36,175 nt of DNA, from positions 1 through 36,175 of the forward strand of contig DASSSU010000018.1 of the NCBI GenBank assembly GCA_035708305.1. The letters are read 5' to 3'. The translations under genes and the position numbers were made by a program. How positions within the stretch are numbered: position 1 is the first letter of the stretch; every line of letters starts with the position of its first letter. Shown in pieces: positions 25,158-35,733 of this stretch. This stretch comes from Minisyncoccota bacterium. Its GTDB lineage: Bacteria; Patescibacteriota; Minisyncoccia; Phycocordibacterales; DASSSU01. The notes beneath the pieces were generated by a model. The model did no database searches. It saw nothing but the letters and a program-made list of their open reading frames with translations, and had not been told where the DNA came from.

Positions 25158-28100
25158 CTACAAAGACGAATTCAAAGGAGCCGTTTCGCCCTTGGCGGAT
25201 ACGTCAGATGGGTCCGTTTGGTCTGAGTTTCCACTTTGCAGCGTTTCGGTGTCTTTTTGGGTTGTGGTTGTTTGATCCAGCGAGATCGTGGTATCTGGAA
25301 CAGTGGCGTTCGTCACTATATTTTCATCAGTACCAGAACCAGTATCAACATCGGACGGTTTGTTTTCCGTGCTTTCTTCCGTCAAATCATCACCTCCACT
25401 TGCAGCTTTTATTTCCGCGTCACTCGAACTTGCCGCTGTCTCTGATTTTTCTGAATCGCCATCTGGTGTCGTCGTGGCAAGTGTTTTTGAAGTTTGAGAA
25501 GCTTCGGAAGTCTGAGAAGCCACTGAGGTTTGGCTTACATGGGCGTTTTCCAGAAGTATTTTAAGCTGACTTTCATTCACACAGGTATCCCCCACACAAA
25601 GCTCATCCTTCACGTGTACATCATCGGCAAAAATACTCTTGAAGTACCCCACCACAGCTTTCATCGAATCCGTCACGAATGAAGCCGTGCGGGCAAAGAA
25701 GTTTTGGTTCTCCTTGTTCGCACTTGTTACCAGTGCATCCGCTTCCGCCTCTGAAAGATGAACAGACGGAACCCACGAAACATGTACAAACATCATCACC
25801 GTGTCCGTGCCGTTGGAATCTTCAAGGGCAGTTCCCAGGATGGTACCGGTGGAGGTAGCTTTCACGGCGATGCCGGGGGTGGTGGAAGAGAGGGTGAGGA
25901 GATCACCGGGCTTTACCTCGCCGTTGGTGTTTGAGAACTTCACCGGAACACGGCCAGAGAGAGCAACCGGGCGAGTGCTCGTACCGGTTTCATCACCCAA
26001 GAGAACTCCAGGAGCGGTAGAGACAATTCCCAGGATTCTCTGTGCTTCTTCGCTTCCTGCCTTTACGAGTTTTCCGTCCTGGTCAATTGCTACCACATCG
26101 CCTGCTTCAAGAGAGTGATCATTGACAGGATAATTTTCCGCCAAGTCTGAGGCCGTGAAACTTGAAGAGTCGCCGTAGACCACGCCCGCGGTGAGAGTGC
26201 CCTGGCATTTTGTGCCGCCGCCATTATCCGCACAGATGGCGCCGTTTGCTGCGGCGATGTTACCACTCGCGACAGTGAGTTTGGCGAAAGGAGTAGTGGT
26301 TCCGATGCCGATATTGCCGGTTACCTGCAAATTTCCTGGAGTTGTTCCATCAAAACTCCCAGCAATCTGAAAGGTATTTGCCGAGCTTCTTGAAAGAAAG
26401 ATGTCGCGAGTGCTATTTCCGGATCCAACGCCAAAAGCACCATTTGAGTAGAAAATAGCTCGATCATAACTTTCTGTCGGAACACCCACAGAAAATGCTC
26501 GCCCACTGCCGGCAGAGTTTGCCAGATCAGCCTGAAATTCGGCAGTGTTATCGGACGCAACCACCTTCAACTGAGTATTTGGGTTTGAGAGAGTGTCTGG
26601 TGTCGTCCCTATCCCCACCTTGCCAGTGATATAGGCTTGTCCATTCACCACAAGTGGATAAGCCGGAGTAGTAGTCCCGGTATCAATGCCGATATTACCG
26701 GTAGAGAGATCACCGTAAATCGTATTGCCGATATTCAACTGATAGTTCGCTGTCGGATCAGCCGCGTTGGTTTCCGAACCGATGAAAATGTTGTTTGACC
26801 CGGTCGTAATGTTGTAGCCGGCCTTGTAACCCATCGCGACATTTTTTGTGGCTGCGTTTATAGCATTGTAAAGCGCGCTTGAGCCAAAAGCAGAATTGTA
26901 ACTTCCCCACGTGTTGTTGAGCAGCGCTTCATATCCCAAACCGGTGTTCTCCACACCATCCGTCGTGTGCCCAAGCGCGTAACTCCCCAAAGCAAGATTG
27001 GCAGTTCCGTCAGTGCTGTTGGTAAGCGCGCCGGTACCGAGTGCAACGTTGTCATTCCCCGTGATATTGCTCTGGAGCGCGCCGGTACCGAGTGCCAAGT
27101 TGGTGGCACCGGTGGTGTTGTCGTGAAGCGCACTGGTTCCAATAGCAACGTTTTCATTGCCGGTCGTTACAGAAGAAAGCGCACCAATCCCCATTCCAAG
27201 GTTACTTTGTCCGTCACTTCCCGTCATGTGCGACAGACTTTCGCCACCACCGCCGATAAAAAGCGAACCATAAAAAGATGCTTGATCCGGAACATAGAGT
27301 GCGTCCTGACCTCCTATCGCAAGAACTTCTGTAGAGGATGCGAGATTTAAATTTCCATCGATCGTGAGGCCACCCGAAATATTTACCGGAGAATTAAAAT
27401 AGGAAGCAGAACTGGTACCAGTATCAAATCGAAGATTTCCGGTACTCTCCAACCAAAGCTGTCCTGAAGCAGTATAAATCTGCTGATCCTGATTCCATGC
27501 GTCATTCCCATTCCCGAAAGAAAGTCCTCCGCGAACAAACGGATCAACAAGATCTGATTGATATCCGAGATGTGAAGTGCCAGAAACTTGAACCGTTGTT
27601 CCGTTAGAAAGCTCATATTTTCCATCAACGCCATAGCTTCCCACCATGTAACTCGTCAAAGCACCGGTATCAAAGCCGGTCACCAACACGTCCGAAGAAT
27701 TATCCGAATCTACCGTAACATTCGATGCACTGATAAGTGGAGCCTGACCGGTGGACATGTCTAACTTAATACCATGACTGTTCTCCGCCTGAATCCAGGT
27801 ATTCGCGAAGTTAGGAGTTGCGCTGTCCACTTCAAGTGCGTATCCGTTTGTGGCGGGACCAGAAATATTCACATTCGTAAAATAGTTTGCCGCGGTATAA
27901 CTTCCGCTTACCGGATAATAAATCCCGACAGCAACACCATTTGTCGAAACAGTATTTGCTTCCACCACCAATCCGCTGAAAAAGTTGTACGCCACTGGCT
28001 GGCTCGTTCCCGCTTCAAGACGAAGGCCGTAATCCAAGAAATCACGTATGTCGATATTATTATAAAAATCACGATACGCACCACCGGCAAGATAAAGACC

Positions 28101-29051
28101 GGTCGATCCTGTTCCATTCGGGCCGCTCCCCTCCATGCCTATATTTTCCAAACGGAAATTTACCACCAGTCCTGTGTCATTTCCCACTTGGATAACCGGC
28201 TTGGAAGTGTCGTATGGAACAAGCTTGTTTGGTGTGTTGTACTCCCCGGAAGATTCTCCCAAGATGTGGATGTTGTCCTGTGTAATCACCAAGTTAACGG
28301 CCCATTCACCGTTTGGAACGTAGATCGTGCCGCCGGCAGTTCCGAGTGATGCAATCGCGGCATTGAAGGCGGCCGTATCATCTGTGGTGCCGTCACCTTT
28401 CGCACCGAACGCCCGCACGTCCACCCACGGACCCTTGGTGATCAGATCATCCGCCGTTACCGTGCCGGTAATTTCCGCATTACCACCCACCGTAAGCCTT
28501 TGCGATGGAGTGGAAGTGCCAATTCCAACATTGCCGGCTGTATACGAAATGTTTGAACCCGAGACTACCCAAGGAGATGAACTTGAAGAACTGTCACTCG
28601 ACGGCGAAAGTGAGGCTGACGCAACCTGATTGGTCACGGAGTTTCCACTTGCAACCGTGCTCATGTTGGAATCACTCTGAAGTGCAATGAGCGTGCGAAG
28701 GCGATTTTCGGAGGCGAGGAGGTCGGATTGCGAAACACCATGATCGACACTGACACCCCAAGAAGCATTTTGATTCGCAAGCTGTGGGAGTGCTTCAGAA
28801 ATGGAAAGCAAAATCCCATTCAGTGCACTGACCAAAATGGATGTAGAGTGTGCAAGAGCATTCAAGCGGGCTTCAAGATCTTGCTCTTGAATGCTTTGAC
28901 CAGACGCCGAAGACATGGTGGAGTTAGCATTTTCGGGGGCGGAAGCAAAGGCAGCACCGGGGAAAAGAAAAGCAAGCACCAAAATCGCCAAAACCCCTTG
29001 TGTGGATACAAAGAAGAGAAAAGCTTTTTGTGCTCGTTTAATAAACCACAT
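25158..29051 (-). CDS. Giant secreted/surface protein. It has a signal peptide, a pectate-lyase-3/tailspike-like right-handed beta-helix domain, and many YadA-head/tail-fibre-like NxAxGxxAL repeats. It ends in a conserved C-terminal domain and an acidic S/T/D-rich tail.
   Basis: 1297 aa. VDVRAFGAKGDGTTDDTAAFNAAIASLGTAGGTIYVPNGEW is the Pectate_lyase_3 signature. Repeats NVAIGTSALHDNTTGATNLALGTGALQSNITGNDNVALGTGAL.... Confidence 0.75.
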   Translation of the reverse strand: MWFIKRAQKAFLFFVSTQGVLAILVLAFLFPGAAFASAPENANSTMSSASGQSIQEQDLEARLNALAHSTSILVSALNGILLSISEALPQLANQNASWGVSVDHGVSQSDLLASENRLRTLIALQSDSNMSTVASGNSVTNQVASASLSPSSDSSSSSSPWVVSGSNISYTAGNVGIGTSTPSQRLTVGGNAEITGTVTADDLITKGPWVDVRAFGAKGDGTTDDTAAFNAAIASLGTAGGTIYVPNGEWAVNLVITQDNIHILGESSGEYNTPNKLVPYDTSKPVIQVGNDTGLVVNFRLENIGMEGSGPNGTGSTGLYLAGGAYRDFYNNIDIRDFLDYGLRLEAGTSQPVAYNFFSGLVVEANTVSTNGVAVGIYYPVSGSYTAANYFTNVNISGPATNGYALEVDSATPNFANTWIQAENSHGIKLDMSTGQAPLISASNVTVDSDNSSDVLVTGFDTGALTSYMVGSYGVDGKYELSNGTTVQVSGTSHLGYQSDLVDPFVRGGLSFGNGNDAWNQDQQIYTASGQLWLESTGNLRFDTGTSSASYFNSPVNISGGLTIDGNLNLASSTEVLAIGGQDALYVPDQASFYGSLFIGGGGESLSHMTGSDGQSNLGMGIGALSSVTTGNENVAIGTSALHDNTTGATNLALGTGALQSNITGNDNVALGTGALTNSTDGTANLALGSYALGHTTDGVENTGLGYEALLNNTWGSYNSAFGSSALYNAINAATKNVAMGYKAGYNITTGSNNIFIGSETNAADPTANYQLNIGNTIYGDLSTGNIGIDTGTTTPAYPLVVNGQAYITGKVGIGTTPDTLSNPNTQLKVVASDNTAEFQADLANSAGSGRAFSVGVPTESYDRAIFYSNGAFGVGSGNSTRDIFLSRSSANTFQIAGSFDGTTPGNLQVTGNIGIGTTTPFAKLTVASGNIAAANGAICADNGGGTKCQGTLTAGVVYGDSSSFTASDLAENYPVNDHSLEAGDVVAIDQDGKLVKAGSEEAQRILGIVSTAPGVLLGDETGTSTRPVALSGRVPVKFSNTNGEVKPGDLLTLSSTTPGIAVKATSTGTILGTALEDSNGTDTVMMFVHVSWVPSVHLSEAEADALVTSANKENQNFFARTASFVTDSMKAVVGYFKSIFADDVHVKDELCVGDTCVNESQLKILLENAHVSQTSVASQTSEASQTSKTLATTTPDGDSEKSETAASSSDAEIKAASGGDDLTEESTENKPSDVDTGSGTDENIVTNATVPDTTISLDQTTTTQKDTETLQSGNSDQTDPSDVSAKGETAPLNSSL

Positions 29052-29160
29052 ACTATATTATTCTTCACTGAAGTGTTTAATCGTCTTTAAGTATAACAAG
29101 AGAGGTATGGGAAAGGAACGCTTACAGTGGATAACTTCCTTACTTTATTCCCCGCCCTCC

Positions 29161-29189
29161 TTGCAAAATTTCCTTTTTTCTTGTATCTT
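29161..29189 (+). promoter_or_regulatory. Weak candidate promoter TTGCAA-17-TATCTT upstream of rpsA
   Basis: Motif spacing seen directly. The -10 is a poor match, so confidence is low. Confidence 0.25.
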
Positions 29190-29305
29190 TTGAGCAAATT
29201 TGTCTTGATGGTATCGAGAAAATTTTTATCAACTTTTTTGGAAATAATCCCGCTTTTTGAAAATTCCTGTACCGATAAAGCGGAATTCCGAAAAAACATT
29301 CAATT

Positions 29306-30535
29306 ATGAACAAAGAAAACAAAGCAGTAGCAGACCGGGCAGTCGACGTGCTCGACGAAAACGAAGACCGATCCTCTGAAGAAGAAAAAAGCGAAAAAGG
29401 TGAAAATGCACCAGCTCCCGAAAAAAGAAAAAAGCGAAGTACGCAATCTTTCGTGGTAAAAAACCCAAAGAGCGGCATGGTTCAATTTTCCGCTGAAGTC
29501 GGCGTTCCCCCGGAAGAGGGCGAGCTGGTAGACGGAAAAGTCATTCACGTTGGAAAATCAGCTTTGTATCTGGACCTGCACCCGTACGGAACAGGGATTA
29601 TTTACGGACGAGAATTTCTCGTTGCCCGCGATCTCATCAAGAAGATCAATATTGGGGACATGGTCAATGCCAAAGTAATTGACCCGGAAAACGAAGACGG
29701 CTATATCGAGCTTTCTCTCAAAGAGGCACGGCGGGCGATTCTCTGGAGCGAAGCGGAAGACCACGTGAAGCAAAAAACTCCGCTTGAGCTTTTGGTGAAA
29801 GACGCAAACAAAGGCGGACTCCTGATCGACTGGCAAGGCTTGACCGGGTTCCTTCCCGCTTCCCAGCTGAAGCCGGAGCATTACCCGCGTGTGGAAGACG
29901 GCAACAAAGATCGAATTCTTGAGGAATTGAAAAAGTTGGTTGGCGAACGCCTTCCAGTGGTGATCATCGCCGCTTCTCCAAGAGAAGAAAAACTTATTTT
30001 CTCTGAAAAAAGCTATGCACCGAAAGAAACACAGGAAGCCGTGTCCAAATACCAGGTGGGTGAAATCGTTGAGGGGGTGGCGACGGGCGTGGTAGACTTC
30101 GGGATTTTTGTGAAAGTGGAAGAAGGTCTTGAAGGACTCGTTCACATTTCCGAGATCGACTGGGGTTTGGTGGAAGATCCGCGAAATCTCTACAAGCAAG
30201 GAGACAAGATCCGCGCGAAGATTATCGAAGCAACGAACGACAAAATTTCCCTCTCCATCAAAGCGCTGAAGGAAAATCCTTGGAAAAATGCCGCTGAGAA
30301 ATACAAAAAGGGCGACGAAGTAACCGCGGTGGTCATCAAATTCAACAAACACGGTGTGCTTGCTTCCATTGAAGAAGGGGTTGCCGGGCTGGTCCACGTG
30401 TCAGAATTTGGATCCATGGAAAAACTCCGCGAAACCTTTGAACTTGGCAAAACATACCCGTTCAAGATCACACTCTTCAATCCAAAAGAGCAAAAAATGA
30501 CGCTTTCGCCGGTGGAAAAAGGAAAGGAGAAGTAA
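29306..30535 (+). CDS. rpsA: 30S ribosomal protein S1 (multiple S1 RNA-binding domains) with an acidic/basic N-terminal extension
   Basis: 409 aa. Four recognisable S1 repeats (GxxVxGxVxxxxxxGxFVxL patterns). Confidence 0.9.
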   Translation: MNKENKAVADRAVDVLDENEDRSSEEEKSEKGENAPAPEKRKKRSTQSFVVKNPKSGMVQFSAEVGVPPEEGELVDGKVIHVGKSALYLDLHPYGTGIIYGREFLVARDLIKKINIGDMVNAKVIDPENEDGYIELSLKEARRAILWSEAEDHVKQKTPLELLVKDANKGGLLIDWQGLTGFLPASQLKPEHYPRVEDGNKDRILEELKKLVGERLPVVIIAASPREEKLIFSEKSYAPKETQEAVSKYQVGEIVEGVATGVVDFGIFVKVEEGLEGLVHISEIDWGLVEDPRNLYKQGDKIRAKIIEATNDKISLSIKALKENPWKNAAEKYKKGDEVTAVVIKFNKHGVLASIEEGVAGLVHVSEFGSMEKLRETFELGKTYPFKITLFNPKEQKMTLSPVEKGKEK

Positions 30536-30547
30536 TCTCCTTTTGAA

Positions 30548-30591
30548 CGAACAAATAAAAAATCCCCGAGTGGGGATTTTTTATTTGTTCG
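30548..30591. terminator. Strong bidirectional terminator: 20-bp palindromic stem cgaacaaataaaaaatcccc/ggggattttttatttgttcg, loop gagt
   Basis: Between convergent rpsA (+) and the S9 peptidase (-). Confidence 0.7.
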
Positions 30592-30637
30592 CTTTTTTTT
30601 CAGAAACTTTAGCCGGAAGAGCTTTGAGTTTGGGATC

Positions 30638-32503
30638 TTAGAGATGACAATCAACACCTGAGAGATCGAAGCGATTGACGACAGCGGTACAGAGATCATC
30701 AAGCGTAGAGCGTTCTCGCAAAATGTGCTCTTCATCTGGATAGTACGCAGTCTGGACGTCCTTTCCGAAAGCTTTCGCAAAGGAGATGAAGTTCGTCGAC
30801 TGCCAGTTTGGTACTTCCGTGTCCTTTCCTCCGTACGCCACGAGAATTTTCTCAGAATCCGGAAGGCTCGGGATCTTCGCGTCAACTGATGCCTGGAGAT
30901 ACAAGCCCATGTTTGCAGCATTTGGAAGGCCGTGGAAAAGATCCTTGAACGGCGAAGACGGGATACGAGTAATGAGACTGTACCAGTCTGTCACGCCGTT
31001 AATCGAGACAGCACCATCGAAAAGGCTTGGATCCTCTACCAGTGCACGAAGCGAGAGATAGCCACCGTAACTGTTGCCGATCAAGTACGTGTGATCGATT
31101 CCCTTTTCCTGCTGCAGTTCTTTCGCTGCGGAAAGTACGTCGTCTACATCTGCTTTTCCGACATTTGCGTCCAGCCCATCAAGCACCTGCTTGCCGTAGC
31201 CGGAACTTCCGGTGTAATCAAGCTTGAGTACGTACGCACCGCTTGCTGCCAGTCGTTCGAGCAGTTCATCGTACACACCGTAGGAAAGATAGGAGTGATA
31301 TCCGACAGACGCCTGCCGCATCGGGCCGCCGTGGAGCCAAATGAACAAATCTTTTTCTTTCTTAGAAGAATCTTTCGGCGAGAGCAAAACCGCATATCGT
31401 CCGTTGTTCAGCTTTACTGTCTCACGACTCACCGCATCCGAAGCGGGTGAATCCCCTTCCGGTGCAAACTCATACGTCACGCCCGTTTCCGGATCGTAAG
31501 AAAAGATGTTTGCGTTCTTCCCATCCAGCTTCTGATACAAAAGCTTTCCGTCCTGCGCTTTCATGTATTCGCCGTATGAAACATTGTCCGCAATATCCGT
31601 AGAATCTCCAGTCTGGAAATCGTACTCGTAAATCGACCAGATCATTGGATTATCTTTGTTGGCCATATAGAAAAGATGACTTCCGACAAAGAGATAGTCT
31701 TCGATTTCAAAGTTTCCATCCGTAATCTGCTTTGGAAGCACCGATGCCGCTGCGGCAGACATTCCTGAGAGATCAACCGCGTAGAGACTCTGGAAATTCC
31801 CATTCTGATCTTCATATGCTGCCTGGTTGTCGTCTCCAAATTCCAAGTATGAAGGATCAGTACCCTTCACCTGGGCTGAAGTGTTGGTGTCTAAGTCGTA
31901 AATCTGGTGAGCACTCTGCACGTAATTGTACGCGCTCATGTACTGCCCCGAAGGTGAAACCGTCCAAAATGGAAGATCAGTTCCCGAGATTGATGCGGTC
32001 GTCATTTGCCCAGAAGTGATGCTGTATCGAACTGCATGATTATCCTGCGTAATGAAAACGATATTCTGACTGTCTGCCGTAAACTGCTTTTTGACCGCTA
32101 CCTGGTGAAAAGGAAGCAGCGCATCAAAAACCGGAGTGGTACCGGAAAGATCGTAAAGAGAATAATACACGGTCATTCCGCTTGGCGTTTGGATGGCAAA
32201 CGAGCGCAAGCCGTACTTTCCATCGGGAGAGGTGAGCTCAAAAGAAGCCGCCGCTGCACCAGTTTGGAAAAAAGTGCTGCTGGCATCCTGCGCGGTGCAG
32301 TCGTTACTCCCAAGCGAACAAACATAATGCAAAATTCCCGAAGGTCCGCGGTATTCAAGCCCGATCTGGTCACCTTTACTTGCTGCTACTGCGCCGTAGT
32401 GGATTTCATCCTGCGGATTGGCTGCACTTGTCCCCGTATCTGCGTAGGCAAAACTCGTTCCCGTCAAAGCAAGCACTGCCACCAATCCAAAAGCTTCCGC
32501 CAT
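30638..32503 (-). CDS. S9-family serine peptidase (prolyl oligopeptidase/dipeptidyl-peptidase type): beta-propeller plus alpha/beta-hydrolase with a GNSYGG nucleophile elbow. Secreted.
   Basis: The start is taken at MAEAFGLVAVLALTGTSFAYA, a signal peptide with its ATG at 32503. The track ORF extends to 32593. Confidence 0.8.
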   Translation of the reverse strand: MAEAFGLVAVLALTGTSFAYADTGTSAANPQDEIHYGAVAASKGDQIGLEYRGPSGILHYVCSLGSNDCTAQDASSTFFQTGAAAASFELTSPDGKYGLRSFAIQTPSGMTVYYSLYDLSGTTPVFDALLPFHQVAVKKQFTADSQNIVFITQDNHAVRYSITSGQMTTASISGTDLPFWTVSPSGQYMSAYNYVQSAHQIYDLDTNTSAQVKGTDPSYLEFGDDNQAAYEDQNGNFQSLYAVDLSGMSAAAASVLPKQITDGNFEIEDYLFVGSHLFYMANKDNPMIWSIYEYDFQTGDSTDIADNVSYGEYMKAQDGKLLYQKLDGKNANIFSYDPETGVTYEFAPEGDSPASDAVSRETVKLNNGRYAVLLSPKDSSKKEKDLFIWLHGGPMRQASVGYHSYLSYGVYDELLERLAASGAYVLKLDYTGSSGYGKQVLDGLDANVGKADVDDVLSAAKELQQEKGIDHTYLIGNSYGGYLSLRALVEDPSLFDGAVSINGVTDWYSLITRIPSSPFKDLFHGLPNAANMGLYLQASVDAKIPSLPDSEKILVAYGGKDTEVPNWQSTNFISFAKAFGKDVQTAYYPDEEHILRERSTLDDLCTAVVNRFDLSGVDCHL

Positions 32504-32744
32504 GTGAATAATTTTTTCTTTCCCATCCGAAAAAATATCTCTTCCCATAATGTTGTAATATCTTTGAATTTGTAATAATCTGAGAAAGTTCAAGAAGAAA
32601 CTTTAGGATACAAAAATCCACGAAGTTTCAGCAACTTTCACTTTTTCTTAATTTTTAAGACGTCCCCTCTTCTTCATCCTTACACCGCAAAAAGAAATCG
32701 TCCCAAAAATCAAAGAATTTATTCACAAGTATAACACATCGCTC

Positions 32745-34748
32745 ATGCAACCCAATCACCATCATTATTCCCGCCGTGATTCCCACCACAACCAATCTCA
32801 TTCACCCCAGCCCAAAAACACTGTTACTGGGAAACTCTTTACCAGCCCCCGAGGCTTTGGCTTTGTCATTACTCCGGACGAACAAAGGATTGACATTCCG
32901 GATAAAGCCGCACTCAACACCGGACTGCACGGCGACACCGTTCTTGTCGCTATTCATCCTGAGAAAAAAGGCGAGCCGACAACCGGCGAAGTTGTCCGCG
33001 TGGAAAAACGCGCAAAGAAGCGCTTCGTCGGCACCGTTCAGAAAAACACACGCGTTGCTTTTCTCCTTCCCGACCACAAAAAAATGTATACCGATATTTT
33101 TCTTCCGCTTGATCGGCTGAAAGGCGCAAAAGATGGTGATAAGGTTCTGGCGGAAATCGTCAAATGGACAGACGCCAACAAAAACCCAGAAGGAACCGTG
33201 CTTCAGGTGATCGGCAAAAAGGGCGAGCACGAAACCGAAATGCGAGCGGCCGCCCTGGAGCGAGGCTTTGAAACTTCCTTTCCAGAAGGAATTGAAGAAG
33301 AAGCTTCACACATCAAGCACGAAGTCTCAGAAGAAGAGACCAGCAAACGCCGAGATTTTCGAAACGTTACCACCTTTACGATCGACCCAGCTGACGCAAA
33401 GGACTTTGATGATGCCCTTTCCTATGAAGAAAAAGCAGATGGCAACGTGGAAATCGGGATTCACATTGCAGACGTGACACACTACGTCCGCCCCGGCATG
33501 AAGATCGACGAAGAAGCTTTTGAGCGCGGAACTTCCGTCTACCTCGTGGACCGCACCATCCCGATGCTTCCGGAAGTGCTTTCAAATGACCTCTGCTCTC
33601 TCCGTCCGAACGAAGATCGTCTCGCCTTTTCTGCCGTGTTTACATTTTCTAAAAATTCTTTTGAAGCGGGCGAAAAATACGAAATGACCGACGCATGGTA
33701 CGGGCGCACGATCATCCACTCCGATCGGCGTTTTACCTACAAAGAGGCAGAGGATGTTTTGAAATCCGGCACGGGCGACTTCCCGCACGAGATCCAGAGG
33801 CTCTACGCACTCTCTCAAAAACTCAAAGAAGAACGCTTCCGAAACGGCGCTGTGCAGTTTGAAACGGAAGAAATCAAAATGCAGCTCGGACCAGAAGGCG
33901 TTCCACTGGCGATTGCCAAAACCGAGCATCTAGAAACACACGGACTCATCGAAGAATACATGCTCCTGGCAAACCGCATGGTGGCAAAATATGCGAGTGA
34001 CCAGATCCAAAAGCGCGGCGGAAATTTGCCGTTCATCTACCGCGTGCATGACGAACCGGATCCAGAACGCATGGAAGAATTCATCACTTTTATCGGCTCT
34101 CTTGGGTACCATCTCAAAATGAAAGACGGGGCGGTTTCCTCGAAAGATCTCAACCGCGTTCTCGAAGAATCCAAAGACACTCCGGAAGAAAGCATCATCC
34201 ACACCGCCGCGATCCGCACTATGTCCAAAGCCGTCTACTCTACCGTGAACATCGGGCACTTCGGACTGGCGTTTGAGTTTTACACCCACTTCACTTCCCC
34301 GATCCGCCGCTACCCGGACATGGCGGTTCACCGATTGTTCCAGGAATACCTCACTGGCGAACATCTCCCGAAAAAAGAAGATTTAGCAAAATACAAAAAC
34401 CTGACCGAGCATTCTTCCGAACGCGAACAGGATGCCGCAGAAGCGGAGCGCGATTCCGTCAAATACAAACAGACGGAATTCATGCAGACCAAAGTTGGCG
34501 AAATCTTTACTGGCGTCATTTCAGGAATTTCCAAGAGCGGAATTTTTGTCCAGGAAGAAGAAACACTGGCGGAGGGGCTCATTCGTTTCCGCGACCTGAA
34601 TGACGACTTCTACGAACTCGATGAAAAAAATTACCAGCTCGTAGGACAAAATACCAAAAAAACGTATCGCCTGGGCGATGAAATAAAAATCAAGCTCATT
34701 GGCGTCAACCTCGAACGGAAGCAGATTGACTACGCTCTGGCGGAATAG
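32745..34748 (+). CDS. rnr: Ribonuclease R (RNB-family 3'-5' exoribonuclease) with cold-shock-like and C-terminal S1 domains. His-rich N-terminal extension.
   Basis: 667 aa. GFGFVI CSD start, RNB catalytic motifs (DFDDALS..., HIADV), C-terminal S1 domain. Confidence 0.9.
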   Translation: MQPNHHHYSRRDSHHNQSHSPQPKNTVTGKLFTSPRGFGFVITPDEQRIDIPDKAALNTGLHGDTVLVAIHPEKKGEPTTGEVVRVEKRAKKRFVGTVQKNTRVAFLLPDHKKMYTDIFLPLDRLKGAKDGDKVLAEIVKWTDANKNPEGTVLQVIGKKGEHETEMRAAALERGFETSFPEGIEEEASHIKHEVSEEETSKRRDFRNVTTFTIDPADAKDFDDALSYEEKADGNVEIGIHIADVTHYVRPGMKIDEEAFERGTSVYLVDRTIPMLPEVLSNDLCSLRPNEDRLAFSAVFTFSKNSFEAGEKYEMTDAWYGRTIIHSDRRFTYKEAEDVLKSGTGDFPHEIQRLYALSQKLKEERFRNGAVQFETEEIKMQLGPEGVPLAIAKTEHLETHGLIEEYMLLANRMVAKYASDQIQKRGGNLPFIYRVHDEPDPERMEEFITFIGSLGYHLKMKDGAVSSKDLNRVLEESKDTPEESIIHTAAIRTMSKAVYSTVNIGHFGLAFEFYTHFTSPIRRYPDMAVHRLFQEYLTGEHLPKKEDLAKYKNLTEHSSEREQDAAEAERDSVKYKQTEFMQTKVGEIFTGVISGISKSGIFVQEEETLAEGLIRFRDLNDDFYELDEKNYQLVGQNTKKTYRLGDEIKIKLIGVNLERKQIDYALAE

Positions 34749-34763
34749 TCGAAAAATAAATTA

Positions 34764-34802
34764 CTAAAACAAAACTCCGTTTCTCGCGGAGTTTTGTTTT
34801 AG
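34764..34802. terminator. Rho-independent terminator: 16-bp stem ctaaaacaaaactccg/cggagttttgttttag, loop tttctcg
   Basis: 16 nt after the rnr stop. Confidence 0.7.
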
Positions 34803-34993
34803 TAAAAAATTTCCATTCTCAACTTGCTCATACATTCCCATTTTCTTGAGAACGCTTCCAAATAACTTTTGGAGTGATGTTCTTCCCTCCAACAAGACGG
34901 ATCTCATCAATTTCTCCGTAGGTATTTGGAATGGAAATTTGGAAAGGCGTGTCTTTGCTACCAAATTGCCTCACCTGTTGTTTGTCGCTCTTG

Positions 34994-35024
34994 AAAAAAC
35001 TACCCACGATATGAGTAGTTTTTT
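34994..35024 (-). terminator. AT-rich hairpin terminator (aaaaaactac/gtagtttttt) downstream of the 35044..35733 gene
   Basis: 20 nt after the minus-strand stop at 35044. Confidence 0.45.
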
Positions 35025-35043
35025 CTGTCTATTTCAAAAGTGA

Positions 35044-35733
35044 TTACTTGAATGTTCGTGATTTAAGATTAAACGTATATGTAGTACCACCTTTGGTTGT
35101 CACATCACGTCGAGTGTCGGTATTTGCGTCGTATACCTCATAGGTGCCTGCAACCGATTGCACCGTAAGGGTACCGTTCGCTTCGGAGACGATCTTGAGC
35201 GGGCCGGTTGCAATTGGTGCGGAAATGACTTGAGAGCCTGTGGGATTAAAACCATTCATAACAAACAGTATTCCCTGAGACGGGTCAGTAGTTTCTGCAG
35301 TGCCGGTGACAACCATGAATTTTCCATCAACGTACCCAGCCCATGAATTGATGCCTGGGATAAGACCTTGTTGTTTAAGGTATGTTGGACTGATAGCGTC
35401 TCGCACACCGAGAACGACAGGAGGAAGCGGGTCCGCGTCAGGTGCGGGAGTAAAGCCTGCCATCGCCTGCTTTTTAGCGACAATTGCAGCCTTTTCTTCC
35501 GGTAACAACTTCCGCAATGCACAGATGCGAGCTTCCTCTCGCTCTAAGATAGGCAAACCCTTCAGTTTTGCTTGAAGTGCGGGGTCTTGCTTGTTTGCAT
35601 TTTGTGCTGCATCTCTTAACATTTGGGCTTCTGGCGTAGTACAAGTCTGATCGTAAGCAAATGTGCTTCCAAAAGCCCCCAAGAGGAGGACTGCGACAGC
35701 ACTGAAACCTATTATTTTGGTTTTATTAGTCAT
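35044..35733 (-). CDS. Secreted hypothetical protein (signal peptide MTNKTKIIGFSAVAVLLLGAFGSTFA)
   Basis: 229 aa. No recognisable catalytic motif. Confidence 0.55.
   Translation of the reverse strand: MTNKTKIIGFSAVAVLLLGAFGSTFAYDQTCTTPEAQMLRDAAQNANKQDPALQAKLKGLPILEREEARICALRKLLPEEKAAIVAKKQAMAGFTPAPDADPLPPVVLGVRDAISPTYLKQQGLIPGINSWAGYVDGKFMVVTGTAETTDPSQGILFVMNGFNPTGSQVISAPIATGPLKIVSEANGTLTVQSVAGTYEVYDANTDTRRDVTTKGGTTYTFNLKSRTFK

Noticed and set aside
29558-30921. ORFs 29558..30397(-) and 30190..30921(-)
   Set aside because: Antisense to or overlapping rpsA and the terminator region. No motifs. Out-of-frame artefacts.
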